Below, piece by piece: positions 54,901 to 62,588 of a DNA stretch of 64,000 nucleotides. The notes beneath the pieces were generated by a model. The model had not been told where the DNA came from, did not search any database, and saw only the letters and a program-made list of their open reading frames with translations. The stretch's first letter is position 1. Each line of letters begins with the position of its first letter. The position numbers and the translations under genes are program-made. Origin of the DNA: Andalucia godoyi And28 (lineage: Eukaryota; Protista; Jakobida); assembly GCA_009859145.1 (NCBI GenBank), contig VRVR01000036.1:224972-288971 (forward strand). Reading direction: 5' to 3'.

Positions 54901-55851
54901 GACACATGTCCGGATGCTCGGTCCTTTAGTGCACTGCACCAGTTGCACGCGATTGTCTGCTCGTTGACTGGCATTCCAGCAGAGTCTGTGGACTCTAAAA
55001 CTGCGAGAGTGAGGATCAAGAATGCACTTCTGAGCATTTGCAACTCCGTGAGGCAGTATTCTGCTGAAACATGTGGGTTGTTGGCGGGATGGTCCGTTTT
55101 CTCTGGGGTTCTGACGAAATTTTACTTCGGCGAGGAGGCTGTCGAAGTTCGCGATTGTTTTGTTAGCTTATGGCGATCCTGTGTGCTTTGTATGGATTCG
55201 GAGAGCGTTGATCGTCTATCAAAGTACCGTTCGTTGTATCATCCTCATGTATCCAATTTTGTTTGCCGATTGTGTGCGTCAGCGTCGCAAACGTCCAATG
55301 TAGCTCCCATATTCGCAACATATGTTCGTTTGTGTCCGCGTCCACTGTTTGTGACAGATATGTGGTGGAAAGGAAAACCGTTGGCGTTCTTGCATGCAGT
55401 CAGTTTGCATCCGATTTCTGTTTCGTATTGGCTCTCCCGCCGAGATGTCCGTCAAGAAGACGCAGACTTTATCAGAAAGCATGCCAACATTGATTTGAAC
55501 TCTGCAGTTTTTGGCAGCGATTGCAGTTTCGAGCACTTGGTTACTATGTCTCCATCGCTACGATTTCTGTGTTACAAGATGTTGAGCGACCAGTCATTGG
55601 CATCTCCTTCTCAGCGCGCAGCCCTTTTTTCGATCCTCAACACCGTCTTGAAGAGTCAGTGGGATTATTCGTTGGCTGCTTTGATGGTCTATATCGTGGC
55701 ATACCTCGGGATGAGCCCTGCAAGCACGTATGAGCGGAATCTCCTTCGGGAATGTGCGGCTGGAATCGTGGAAAAGATCAAATCAGCTGCAAATTCTAAT
55801 GATTTGGAATGCCGCATGACTGCTCTATTGCGTCATGTGACAGGCGAGTGA
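48922..55851 (+). CDS. 2,309-aa multidomain protein: IQ-motif repeats, acidic disordered linker, beta-propeller-like region, kinase-like (likely pseudokinase) domain, helical C-terminus
   Basis: IQ-like LQKIVRGYLARR and VQRCARRFLA; beta-strand repeats about 52390-53290; kinase C-lobe pattern FTPPEY...SVVFSLGMLLFAMYSG...SLVRDCVRISSHSRLT about 53900-54450. Confidence 0.75.
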   Translation: MESLLSISLNNEDVSTLNNVSLVDLDKMSNLDVDLDLDNDDILKDATEMFKTSVSTRVKFRQCVAKIHDKVKDSGMDTKSAFRTLKLVLSVQRCARRFLAIREKNRRLVSKYIEEEEKEEADRRRKLEEGLVFLDKIQRQASEADFRVLNRHKSAISRNSGAVILRYWKRYRSRYLYNKKRKIAAQKIFMFWKRTFNRRRLKRVIEDAILQRRSRHATQDANRGDTRESKVRLLQKIVRGYLARRKFLHALTLRALEEEELEDEKRRIALEEGLKFLDAQKKQQSDRDMKFLRRHDSARRLHAAGLIAKYWQSHQAQVLQNRRRNGAACKIWQWWRRSICRESLRAFVENAVQKRRSARALSDQMTRDILSASALLAEENSEVDVVVHAEANERSIRLQRSCAGVEDTDEEDLHAIRSGSTSCERDQEGHYPEAKDPERELELPGQRDMSDDAAISDPAEPQTSSRCEEEDDEDEDEADNCRGDMATTDQDEVIGNESEMEERVQSESDESPIADEKFADEDGTLEDRQDEYHSLKDGDHENLDAEMYVSRTGDDNSELDVRRQDDVDAEADSESSRDSGMLVDDESERVDDPSTGCSARADERTASGRHEASVNDDDSMHSVSHEDVDDFESKELTCGTATAEIGSPELVRIPNVSSVQDGIGSYRYAKSSATGMSTVDDPDRERFSSYLSSIRREREEREATFFSTKVENVKEKSRGKIAPGPLKRQPNCKPTDEDILDERREFEALRSAIQRSTASSSQTPDVSASVLDRVHIRMEEAKRKERSLLRNIFSGASHDYRDIDHERSKRKHVHPSALRDRHSMRQPPDSSDNSAIASDTASSTEQTRALRGRNFPSSPPVATSKAADSLSSKPVSAARTRDLQPKTAVRSPSVMMARKDADHKTQSPPSEDPLDVLMHMQEKQSYQQSLTLTIAHIDVASTRKSNVRDEGSKENGEENGEENNEENGEEGADEESYESNSNNSDFQSRSCRMSAKDEETPMWLPISEEDAKSLRLMDDLLEEVDASSAVKECCPLEIPSVLRDAILDRIEYATKPRPAGSKRPSKPATAALAGKKPSTADAVPPPASIDVSRMIPCMVDAAVVLAERLLDDRESLENALNEETDRVTFEILACQAVPVARVGYEYRPFFSKSGDEIWFSDDFRLLSMKGCTITPPVCAPLSGICGVCLVSDRIGVFLRCDGLLVAFDTCARAWMKTVWVDVADCHELLACNRVSFSKSQNVLVAQSSSVIAVVEAISLTLIRVIQLDFCFSVFFPIGEELLLILQPDGKMMSMTMHCSSDEYEVVAVYHTNCLSIISSGDWYLSVLDSDEFVLRDATLEEVWRCRMYHKSPIAGFGVRDDFLIIFFSDGVYHMFCMHDITVQLGIDDAPSCVLTAVPGLYSKPTVFRSRYGFPRVVFQYGIVSSGVLKFSFSTAEDKFLLESVVNGLSAVTELQVCRCVESVPKRNIDQFERSRDVDSRVALGIAASACEDAAAQDDGVDEATSTLLSSIQKSARALVFTPMSNSELMSMVVDLQQCYDHALPGSIGCLCDTGLDCGPIDSYASEEPKRQCWTAIRDIVESSDSFSQLLESEQNPILQECCVSDMHRRLNDCRQRLLSLRARSRNRKSEAFYTEYSASPRADSPRGSSDGVAPWSSISGNGTNRIPLSCFLLERGTFLRDQSIRLLFRNVCAWFVEHPPASRFQLDPALLIVNVPEGTVFYKDYDSTTTQAPTPTCFTPPEYFDVDSVHGQTPSVVFSLGMLLFAMYSGLASTQSYSDELASYRRDRPRTVHSASCPARDFEFQLDDSLLPIPARSLVRDCVRISSHSRLTLGSILSQEYCNVSHDGASGGVQVESDGFATTAVDWCLSACSSDLAACMHLECLDRSRRALIRHVFGADDSTLQKRLFREIWTSGRLKGLFDAAAADPESLTDVLNWVEAFHFHADDAVFSQFFEFLSQILLGDLSVVSRERRNCRDVAAFWLKKAVSSWLNDTCPDARSFSALHQLHAIVCSLTGIPAESVDSKTARVRIKNALLSICNSVRQYSAETCGLLAGWSVFSGVLTKFYFGEEAVEVRDCFVSLWRSCVLCMDSESVDRLSKYRSLYHPHVSNFVCRLCASASQTSNVAPIFATYVRLCPRPLFVTDMWWKGKPLAFLHAVSLHPISVSYWLSRRDVRQEDADFIRKHANIDLNSAVFGSDCSFEHLVTMSPSLRFLCYKMLSDQSLASPSQRAALFSILNTVLKSQWDYSLAALMVYIVAYLGMSPASTYERNLLRECAAGIVEKIKSAANSNDLECRMTALLRHVTGE

Positions 55852-56391
55852 TCTGGATGCCAATATCGAAATCCATGGATTCATGAAATGGTGGCAGACT
55901 AATCATAAACCGGTTGCTTTACACGTGTTAGGACCATGTTCATAGATGATGTCTATCGGAGTTATGGATTGCGCAACATCCTTCTGTCATGATCGATCTG
56001 GCATGGGTAGATCGATCCGGAACCTGATGTCCACCGTCTTGTCAGCAGAGGAAACAATGAAAATCTTGAAATCGTGGACCGCTAGCGGTGTGAGGCAGAG
56101 GCTGAATGAAATGATGGCTGATGGTGGTGACCTGCAAAGACAGATCTGAACAGCCATTTATTTCCCGCTGCATGGATTCGAAAAGGTATTCATGCCAACA
56201 TAAGGAATTCTACCACAAGGAGAAAAGCTTCTTTTCCAATTCACCAGATTAGTGCTGCGTGTTTTTTCCTGCTTCTCGACCCTACAATTCTGGAGCGCGC
56301 TTCGCCGAAGACTGCGAATTCCAACGAACACAGAACTTCCGTCTTCTGCACCAGCTGAAAGATCCTGGGAAAAAGAAAGGTCATGTACCAC

Positions 56392-57069
56392 TTACAAACA
56401 TTTCACCTCAACCGCGGTCGCTGAAACAACACTCATCGGGTCCGAAATTTTCGGAAAGAGATCGACATCAAGAACGTTGTGCAACACGGGTGCGGAGCGC
56501 ATGGCGGAGCAGGTCGACAATGCCGGGTTCCGCAAGACTGTGAATGATGACCAAATAAGCTCCCCGATCAAAATGACGTACGTGGTAAAGACAGTTCCTG
56601 TACGATATGAATCCCAGTACACAACAACAAGAGCAAGAGAGAGCACAACATTCAGAATCACAACTGCAATCGCAATCGCATTCATCCAGTAACAGCGCAT
56701 GTTTTGCACATGCAATCCTCGTTGCACAGTCGGATATATTGCCAGCACTTCCTGGAAGAAATTGTCAGGTTTGGACGCATCCTGGTCAAAGTGTGATATC
56801 AGGAACCGTTCCCGCAACAACAAGAGAGATCGAAAAATGATTACAAAAGCCAGTGCAACAAAATTAAATACCAGTGCAAGAACATTGTAGGGAGTCAGAT
56901 CCGTGAACTGCTGGTCTATCTCACAAGTGCCTCCGTTGTTTTCCGGACATGACTGAGGTACCCATACAGCCAGCAACGTTCCCATCAAGATTTTGTAGAT
57001 GGACAGCGTGGCATGGAAGACAGACTCTAGAACTTCCTTGAAGTCATTCGATAACTGGAAAGCAAACAT
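56392..57069 (-). CDS. Small multi-pass membrane protein of unknown function (about 225 aa)
   Basis: Four hydrophobic segments, VPQSC...C loop, RERFLISHFD. ATG (MFAFQ) at 57069. Confidence 0.75.
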   Translation of the reverse strand: MFAFQLSNDFKEVLESVFHATLSIYKILMGTLLAVWVPQSCPENNGGTCEIDQQFTDLTPYNVLALVFNFVALAFVIIFRSLLLLRERFLISHFDQDASKPDNFFQEVLAIYPTVQRGLHVQNMRCYWMNAIAIAVVILNVVLSLALVVVYWDSYRTGTVFTTYVILIGELIWSSFTVLRNPALSTCSAMRSAPVLHNVLDVDLFPKISDPMSVVSATAVEVKCL

Positions 57070-57531
57070 GGGAGACCAGAAAGGGGCGCGGACAGATGCA
57101 TGAGATGTCAAAACATGGGGGTGGGAGGAAACGCAGACCTTTTCACGCGACTTGGATTCACTTCACGCAGCTCCGCGGAAACTGAAAGCGCAGAGACCGT
57201 GAAAATGTCAAGGTTAAGAATCACGGAAAAAGAGATTTAAAAGATTCATGCTTCCGACCTCCGCACGCACAGCGAGAAATTTTGCTAGCATGAAAAATAA
57301 AATTGTCGCTCCCCGTGGAATCTTCGCGCTGGCGCTATGACATTTTTTAAATTTTATTTATTTTATTAATTAATTAATTAATTTTGTTTGTTTGTTTGAA
57401 AAAACAAGACGAAAAACTCGGAGGAGGGCCATCGTGCATGAGTGTCGCCAAAAGGAGCTGAGCCGCAGAGACAGGAAGACGTCATACAGCTAGCACTGTG
57501 GCTTTCCCGTTCTTTCAAACAAGAAGAACCA

Positions 57532-58566
57532 TCACCACCAGTACACAGGATACTGCCGTGCTTGCTTCAGGTTATTCAAGAAAACACCAAGCATCACAAC
57601 CACTATACTACCCAGTGCGCATGAAACAACTAAGACATAGCCATATGGCAACGCTTCTGATGAGTGCTGAAACTGGAGTGCGATGAGGGCAGTGGAGCAA
57701 GCTGCAGGATGCATGATTCGAAAAACTTGCATCAGCGCAGCTGCAGACGACGCAGCTGCTGCCGCGAGTAAAGCATGGACGATTCCGTACAACTGTGTTG
57801 AACCGGTCAACATCCACAGGATACGAAAGGTGCTTCCGAGAAAGGCCGCCATGATATGGGACAAAATGACGGATCGGGGCTGGGCATTGGGGTTTGCGGG
57901 ATTGGCGAAAATCAAGGCGGTCGATGAAGCAAAGCTACCCATCACCAGAATTTCTGGAAATATGGTCCAAGAAAACAAGGACAGAATGTACAACGTGATA
58001 ATGAGAATAATAAAAGAGAACGCGATTTCACCACCTCGCGGACACTCCGGCGGGGTCTCACCGGGAATCCCTTTCAGCTTTTCGAAATAAATTAAAACCA
58101 AGGAAACAAGAGATTTTGCCCACTGCAGCTGTTTCTTCGTGGTCCTCTGTAACGTAATCCGTGCGCGCGGCACGTACGTAGAAAGGCTTTGCTTGAGGTT
58201 GACCATCTTGCTCATTACACGTCGCTGGGTTACTGATTCACGGACGTTATGCGGAAAATCGGTTGGAATATTCGAAGTCGAATGGTCGGCAGTCTGTTCT
58301 GCGGCGAGCGAATCCGGGAAGGAGTCAGCCAGACGGACACCATCATAAATACGCACTTCGAAATCGCAGTCGAGCATGAAGTCACCACTGTAGCTTCCAG
58401 TGGTGTGTGCGGAGGCGTCCGACATGTCGTCCACGTTGAGTCCTCCGCTAACCAGACAAATTCCAAAGAGAATGCCTCCACAACATTCCTCGTTCAGGCC
58501 AGGGAAGTTGTCGAAGTGGGGAGAAAAGAGAACACGGCGCAGAAGAGACGCGGTAAAATGAAACAT
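57532..58566 (-). CDS. HPP-family integral membrane protein (start uncertain)
   Basis: MGSFASSTALIFANPANPNAQPRSVILSH and MQVFRIMHPAACSTAL (HPP signature, here HPA); YPVYWW C-terminus. Confidence 0.88.
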   Translation of the reverse strand: MFHFTASLLRRVLFSPHFDNFPGLNEECCGGILFGICLVSGGLNVDDMSDASAHTTGSYSGDFMLDCDFEVRIYDGVRLADSFPDSLAAEQTADHSTSNIPTDFPHNVRESVTQRRVMSKMVNLKQSLSTYVPRARITLQRTTKKQLQWAKSLVSLVLIYFEKLKGIPGETPPECPRGGEIAFSFIILIITLYILSLFSWTIFPEILVMGSFASSTALIFANPANPNAQPRSVILSHIMAAFLGSTFRILWMLTGSTQLYGIVHALLAAAAASSAAALMQVFRIMHPAACSTALIALQFQHSSEALPYGYVLVVSCALGSIVVVMLGVFLNNLKQARQYPVYWW

Positions 58567-58924
58567 TTAAATTTAATATAAAAAAACAGATTTGAGAAAG
58601 ATTTGCAATCGCGGTTAGAGATTTCAAGCTACTCCTGCAAGTCCAGGACCCACTGATCACCGCTTCCTTTCCTCAAATTTTCAGATACATATAGATTTTT
58701 TGAAAAACAGCTGCTGCATTTTCTTTCCGGTGTGAGAGGGAGGGGACACTGTTCAGTACGCAATGCGGTGGTTCCCCCATTCTGGAGCGACCCCGTCCCG
58801 AGAGTTTGTGCGTTCTTCATCGGAGTTGATATCTCTCGGCCACGATACGAGCAGAGGCGAAGAGTTCCCAAAGATTCATTGTTCTGTTAAGGAAAGCTTG
58901 CGCAACGAATCCTAGCACACCACC

Positions 58925-59005
58925 ATGAATCTTCCAAAATGCTTCATTTCGATTTTCTACAAGTGTTCTTTCGCTCGAAAGTGTCTTGAAAGTGTATTTT
59001 CGTAA
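58925..59005 (+). promoter_or_regulatory. Candidate 26-codon upstream ORF ahead of the H+-ATPase
   Basis: CACCATG...TAA encoding MNLPKCFISIFYKCSFARKCLESVFS, ending 39 nt before the ATPase ATG. Confidence 0.3.
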
Positions 59006-59044
59006 TTCCAATAATGAAGAACTGCCTCTCAGCAACCGAACGAC

Positions 59045-61627
59045 ATGTTGTCCTCCGATGTGATTGTGGACGTCCATAGAAATGCGTCGCCTGACCTTTT
59101 TGATGAAGCCAATTTTACAGGTTTATCCTCGGCACAGGCACAGTCGTTGTATGCCAGATATGGGTCCAACGAGCTTCCGGAGAAGGTGGACCCAGTTTGG
59201 GCAAAACTGTTTCGGCACTTATGGGGCCCGGCTCTGTGGAAACCGAAGCCGATTCCGCTGATGATGTGGCTTGCCATCGCGGTCAGCGGCTTCATAGAAG
59301 ACTGGGTTGACTTTGCGGTGATCCTTGCTCTGCATCTGCTGAACACAATCATTGCGTTCTACGAAGAACAGAAGGCAGGAGACGCTGTTGCCGCTCTTAA
59401 AGATTCACTTGCACCCAGAGCCATGGTTTGCCGAGACGCCAAGTGGGACAGTGTTAATGCACGACTGCTTGTTCCTGGAGACCTCATTCGTCTGAAAATC
59501 GGGGAGATGTGTCCGGCGGACTGTCAGATCATCCGTGGGAACCAGTGCCAGATCGATCAGAGTGGCCTGACAGGTGAGTCTCGACCGGTGAAAAAAAAGG
59601 TCGGTGATATGGCCTTTGGCGGAACCTGCATCAAGGCCGGCGAGATCGACGGCATAGTGCGTGCGACTGGCGCGCAAACAGAGTTTGGAAAGACCGCAGC
59701 GCTGATCGCTGGAGTGGAACAGACCGGCCAGTTTCAACGTGTGATTAATCGTATTGCCATGGGGCTTGTTGCTATTGCGCTTGTAATTAATGCGATTATG
59801 GTCACCGTCTCTCTTGCTCGCAAGGAACCGTGGGGAGAGGTAGTTCAACGATCTCTGGTTCTGATTGTTGCCTCTGTGCCGATCGCCCTTCCGATGGTTT
59901 GTACAACGATTTTGGCTGCCGGAAGTCGTCGACTGGCTGAACACAACGCGGTTGTGACAAGACTGTCAGCAGTGGAAGAGCTGGCGAGTATGACAGTTTT
60001 ATGCTCGGATAAGACTGGCACGCTGACTCTGAACGAGCTGCAGATGGACGATCCGTGGATTTGTCCAGGCAACAAGGCTAGTCTCCAAGACATTACGCTG
60101 TTTGCTGCAATGTCAACTGTGACTGTGGACCCCGACCCGATTGACACAGCTGTTCGGTCCGCTGCGATGAAGGCAGGGTACGAACACCAGCTTGGTAGCT
60201 GGAAAATGTTGCAGTTTGTCCCATTCGACCCGTCGAATCGTCGTACCGTAGCTGTCTTGCAAGCATCCGACGATGGGCGCATTGTTTGCGTTGTGAAAGG
60301 CGCGCCTGGAACAGTGTTATATCTCTGCAACAACAGAGCAATTGTCCGAGAATCTGTGGAAGCCAAGATTTCCGAATACGCAGCACGAGGACTGCGATGC
60401 CTTGGAGTGGGTATATCGTGGTTGACGTCTGAACAATGTTCATCAGTCGCTGATGGGAATATCCCTTCGTCTTGGGAGTTGCAATTCATCGGACTGCTTT
60501 CCATGTTTGATCCTCCTCGTTCCGATTCCGCGCAAGTGATCCTGAAGGCGAAGGAACTGGGGGTCTCAGTGAAAATGATCTCAGGAGATCATCACAAAAT
60601 CTGTGTCGAAACAGGGCGTCGCTTAGGCCTCGGCACCCGTATTCTGCAGTCTACACGCTTGCGAGATACAGCGGCACCGGTTCTTTGCGAGCTGGTAAAG
60701 GAGAGTGATGGATTTTCAGAGGTATTCCCTGAAGACAAGTACAACATCGTCGCATCACTGCAAGCAAGCGGCATTAACTGTGGCATGACAGGAGATGGTG
60801 TGAACGACGCTGCTGCCCTCAAAAAAGCAAACGTCGGATTTGCTGTAAAAGGCGCGACACCGGCTGCGCGGTCTGCTGCAGACGTCGTTCTTCTGTCCGA
60901 TGGCCTCAGCGTCATCATCACTGCAATTCTCCGAAGTCGTAAGATTTTCCAGCGAGTGAAGAACTATTGCATCTATCGCATCAACATCAGTTTGACTCTG
61001 CTGTTTTTCTTCGCAGTCATGATTATCGTATTCGATGAGTCTCTACCGGCAATCATCATTGTGTTGATGGCCTTGTTGAATGACTTTACGATCATGACAA
61101 TATCCACAGACAAGGTCATTCCTAGTGCGACTCCCGATGGATGGAAATTTTTCGAAATGCTCAGCGTCAGCGTAGCCATGGCCTTTGTTTCGACGATCCT
61201 TTCCATTCTGTCGTATCTCTCTTTTCGAGACGGCTGGTTCGTCGAGGCTCCGCAATCATCGGAAATCGAAACGCTGATTTACATGCAGATCGCAATCATG
61301 AACCAGATCACGGTGTTCACAGCTCGAACGCAGTGCAATATTTTCTCAAGACGTCCGGGCACCGCTCTGCTCGTCGCGGTTCTCGCGCAAATGTTGCTGA
61401 CTACGTTGATTTCGCTGTTTTGGCCGTTCGGAGCAGGGCTTTCGGCTGTATCAGTTGCTTCCGCGATTTTCATTTGGATGTTCACCATTGTCTCCGTACT
61501 CATTCATGACGGTGTGAAATTGCTCATCTACCACGCGTTTCGTGAAAAGGCAGAGCAGGCGAAGATTGAAGATATCCAACGCAATGCGCGGCTGGCGGGC
61601 AGCGCACTGGAAACGGATAATACGTGA
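59045..61627 (+). CDS. PMA: Plasma-membrane P3A-type H+-ATPase
   Basis: LTGES, SVPIALP, LCSDKTGTLT, FVPFDP, KGAP, DPPR, MTGDGVNDAAALKKA, TM6 ALLNDFTIMTISTD with the proton-acceptor Asp. Confidence 0.95.
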   Translation: MLSSDVIVDVHRNASPDLFDEANFTGLSSAQAQSLYARYGSNELPEKVDPVWAKLFRHLWGPALWKPKPIPLMMWLAIAVSGFIEDWVDFAVILALHLLNTIIAFYEEQKAGDAVAALKDSLAPRAMVCRDAKWDSVNARLLVPGDLIRLKIGEMCPADCQIIRGNQCQIDQSGLTGESRPVKKKVGDMAFGGTCIKAGEIDGIVRATGAQTEFGKTAALIAGVEQTGQFQRVINRIAMGLVAIALVINAIMVTVSLARKEPWGEVVQRSLVLIVASVPIALPMVCTTILAAGSRRLAEHNAVVTRLSAVEELASMTVLCSDKTGTLTLNELQMDDPWICPGNKASLQDITLFAAMSTVTVDPDPIDTAVRSAAMKAGYEHQLGSWKMLQFVPFDPSNRRTVAVLQASDDGRIVCVVKGAPGTVLYLCNNRAIVRESVEAKISEYAARGLRCLGVGISWLTSEQCSSVADGNIPSSWELQFIGLLSMFDPPRSDSAQVILKAKELGVSVKMISGDHHKICVETGRRLGLGTRILQSTRLRDTAAPVLCELVKESDGFSEVFPEDKYNIVASLQASGINCGMTGDGVNDAAALKKANVGFAVKGATPAARSAADVVLLSDGLSVIITAILRSRKIFQRVKNYCIYRINISLTLLFFFAVMIIVFDESLPAIIIVLMALLNDFTIMTISTDKVIPSATPDGWKFFEMLSVSVAMAFVSTILSILSYLSFRDGWFVEAPQSSEIETLIYMQIAIMNQITVFTARTQCNIFSRRPGTALLVAVLAQMLLTTLISLFWPFGAGLSAVSVASAIFIWMFTIVSVLIHDGVKLLIYHAFREKAEQAKIEDIQRNARLAGSALETDNT

Positions 61628-61825
61628 CAGGTACTCCGAATCTCCTAATGGTTCATTCCGCAATGCAAAAATAAACAAATACAGAAAACTCGCCAGACCA
61701 CCTTTTCTGAGGTAATGCCGAGGACTTGTAGAGTCGGGGAACGGCGAGCAAAATGACACACGAATATCGCCTGGGGGCGACGCCGTTCAGGAGTTATATG
61801 TAAAATATTAATTACCTAATTCCCG

Positions 61826-62388
61826 ACTACAGTCGTTTTTGTCATCGAAAATCGAGATTCGTTGTTCCAACTGCGTCTCAACCCGTCACATCGCGCGACT
61901 GCACAGTGGTGCGATGAGAAAGAGGCTTCGTACAGCTTGTCCATTGCACACACACGTAAGAGGTGCAGAGGCCATGTGAGGGAAACGGTGATTGCCTTGT
62001 TTGAAACTGATATTTTTCCTAGCCGACTGCAGTCGCTTTCTTTCCTTTTATGTTATGCTGAATGCGCCACACTGGAATTGTGTTACGGTCTACACCGTTG
62101 TGTGTGGTCGGCCGCATGCACAGTGATGCGGTGGTCTCATTGTGCTCGTTTCTCTGGTCTGAAACGTTATTCTACTTTGAGCTGCGAAAGGAACAGTATA
62201 TCGCACAAATCTCCCGTTCCGCCTTGAACTGCAGTGCTCCAGCGATTTTCGGCTTGTGGCCGTCCGTGAAGCACTCGTCTCGGAAAACCCTTGTTGCTCG
62301 CAACACCGCGCTGGAGACCTTTTTCCTGGTTTTCGCGTTGGGAACCTGGCGTGTTCTGCGGAAGGTGTGGTGAGTCAACGACTGTAGT
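61826..62388. mobile_element. Possible TA-flanked MITE-like segment (short CAGT-type terminal inverted repeats)
   Basis: ACTACAGTCGTT (61826-61837) and AACGACTGTAGT (62377-62388) are exact reverse complements, reading TA|CAGTCGTT...AACGACTG|TA. No internal ORF recognised. Confidence 0.25.
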
Positions 62389-62576
62389 TGACAGCCACGG
62401 GGTTTCGCGCTTGTGTGCATGTTTGTTTGTTTGTTTGTTTGTTTGTTTTGTTTGTTATTTTGTTTGTTTTGTTTTGTTTTATTTTTCCTTTCGTTTTCTT
62501 TGTGTCCAATTATTGAAATAAAAACAGTAGTGCTTTATATTTCAATATTTCTTTTATTTGGCACCACGTCGCCACA
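62255..62576 (+). repeat. Candidate 5' LTR of the Gypsy element (left edge uncertain: 62255 or 62366)
   Basis: Ends ...TCGCCACA; complementary TGTGGC at 62255 and TGTGGTGA at 62366; AATAAA near 62517; (TTTG)n inside. The second LTR lies outside the window. Confidence 0.35.
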
Positions 62577-62588
62577 GTATTAATACTA

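Noticed and set aside
57355-57385. (TTAA)n and A/T-rich palindromic runs in spacers
   Set aside because: Simple low-complexity sequence common to all spacers in this window.
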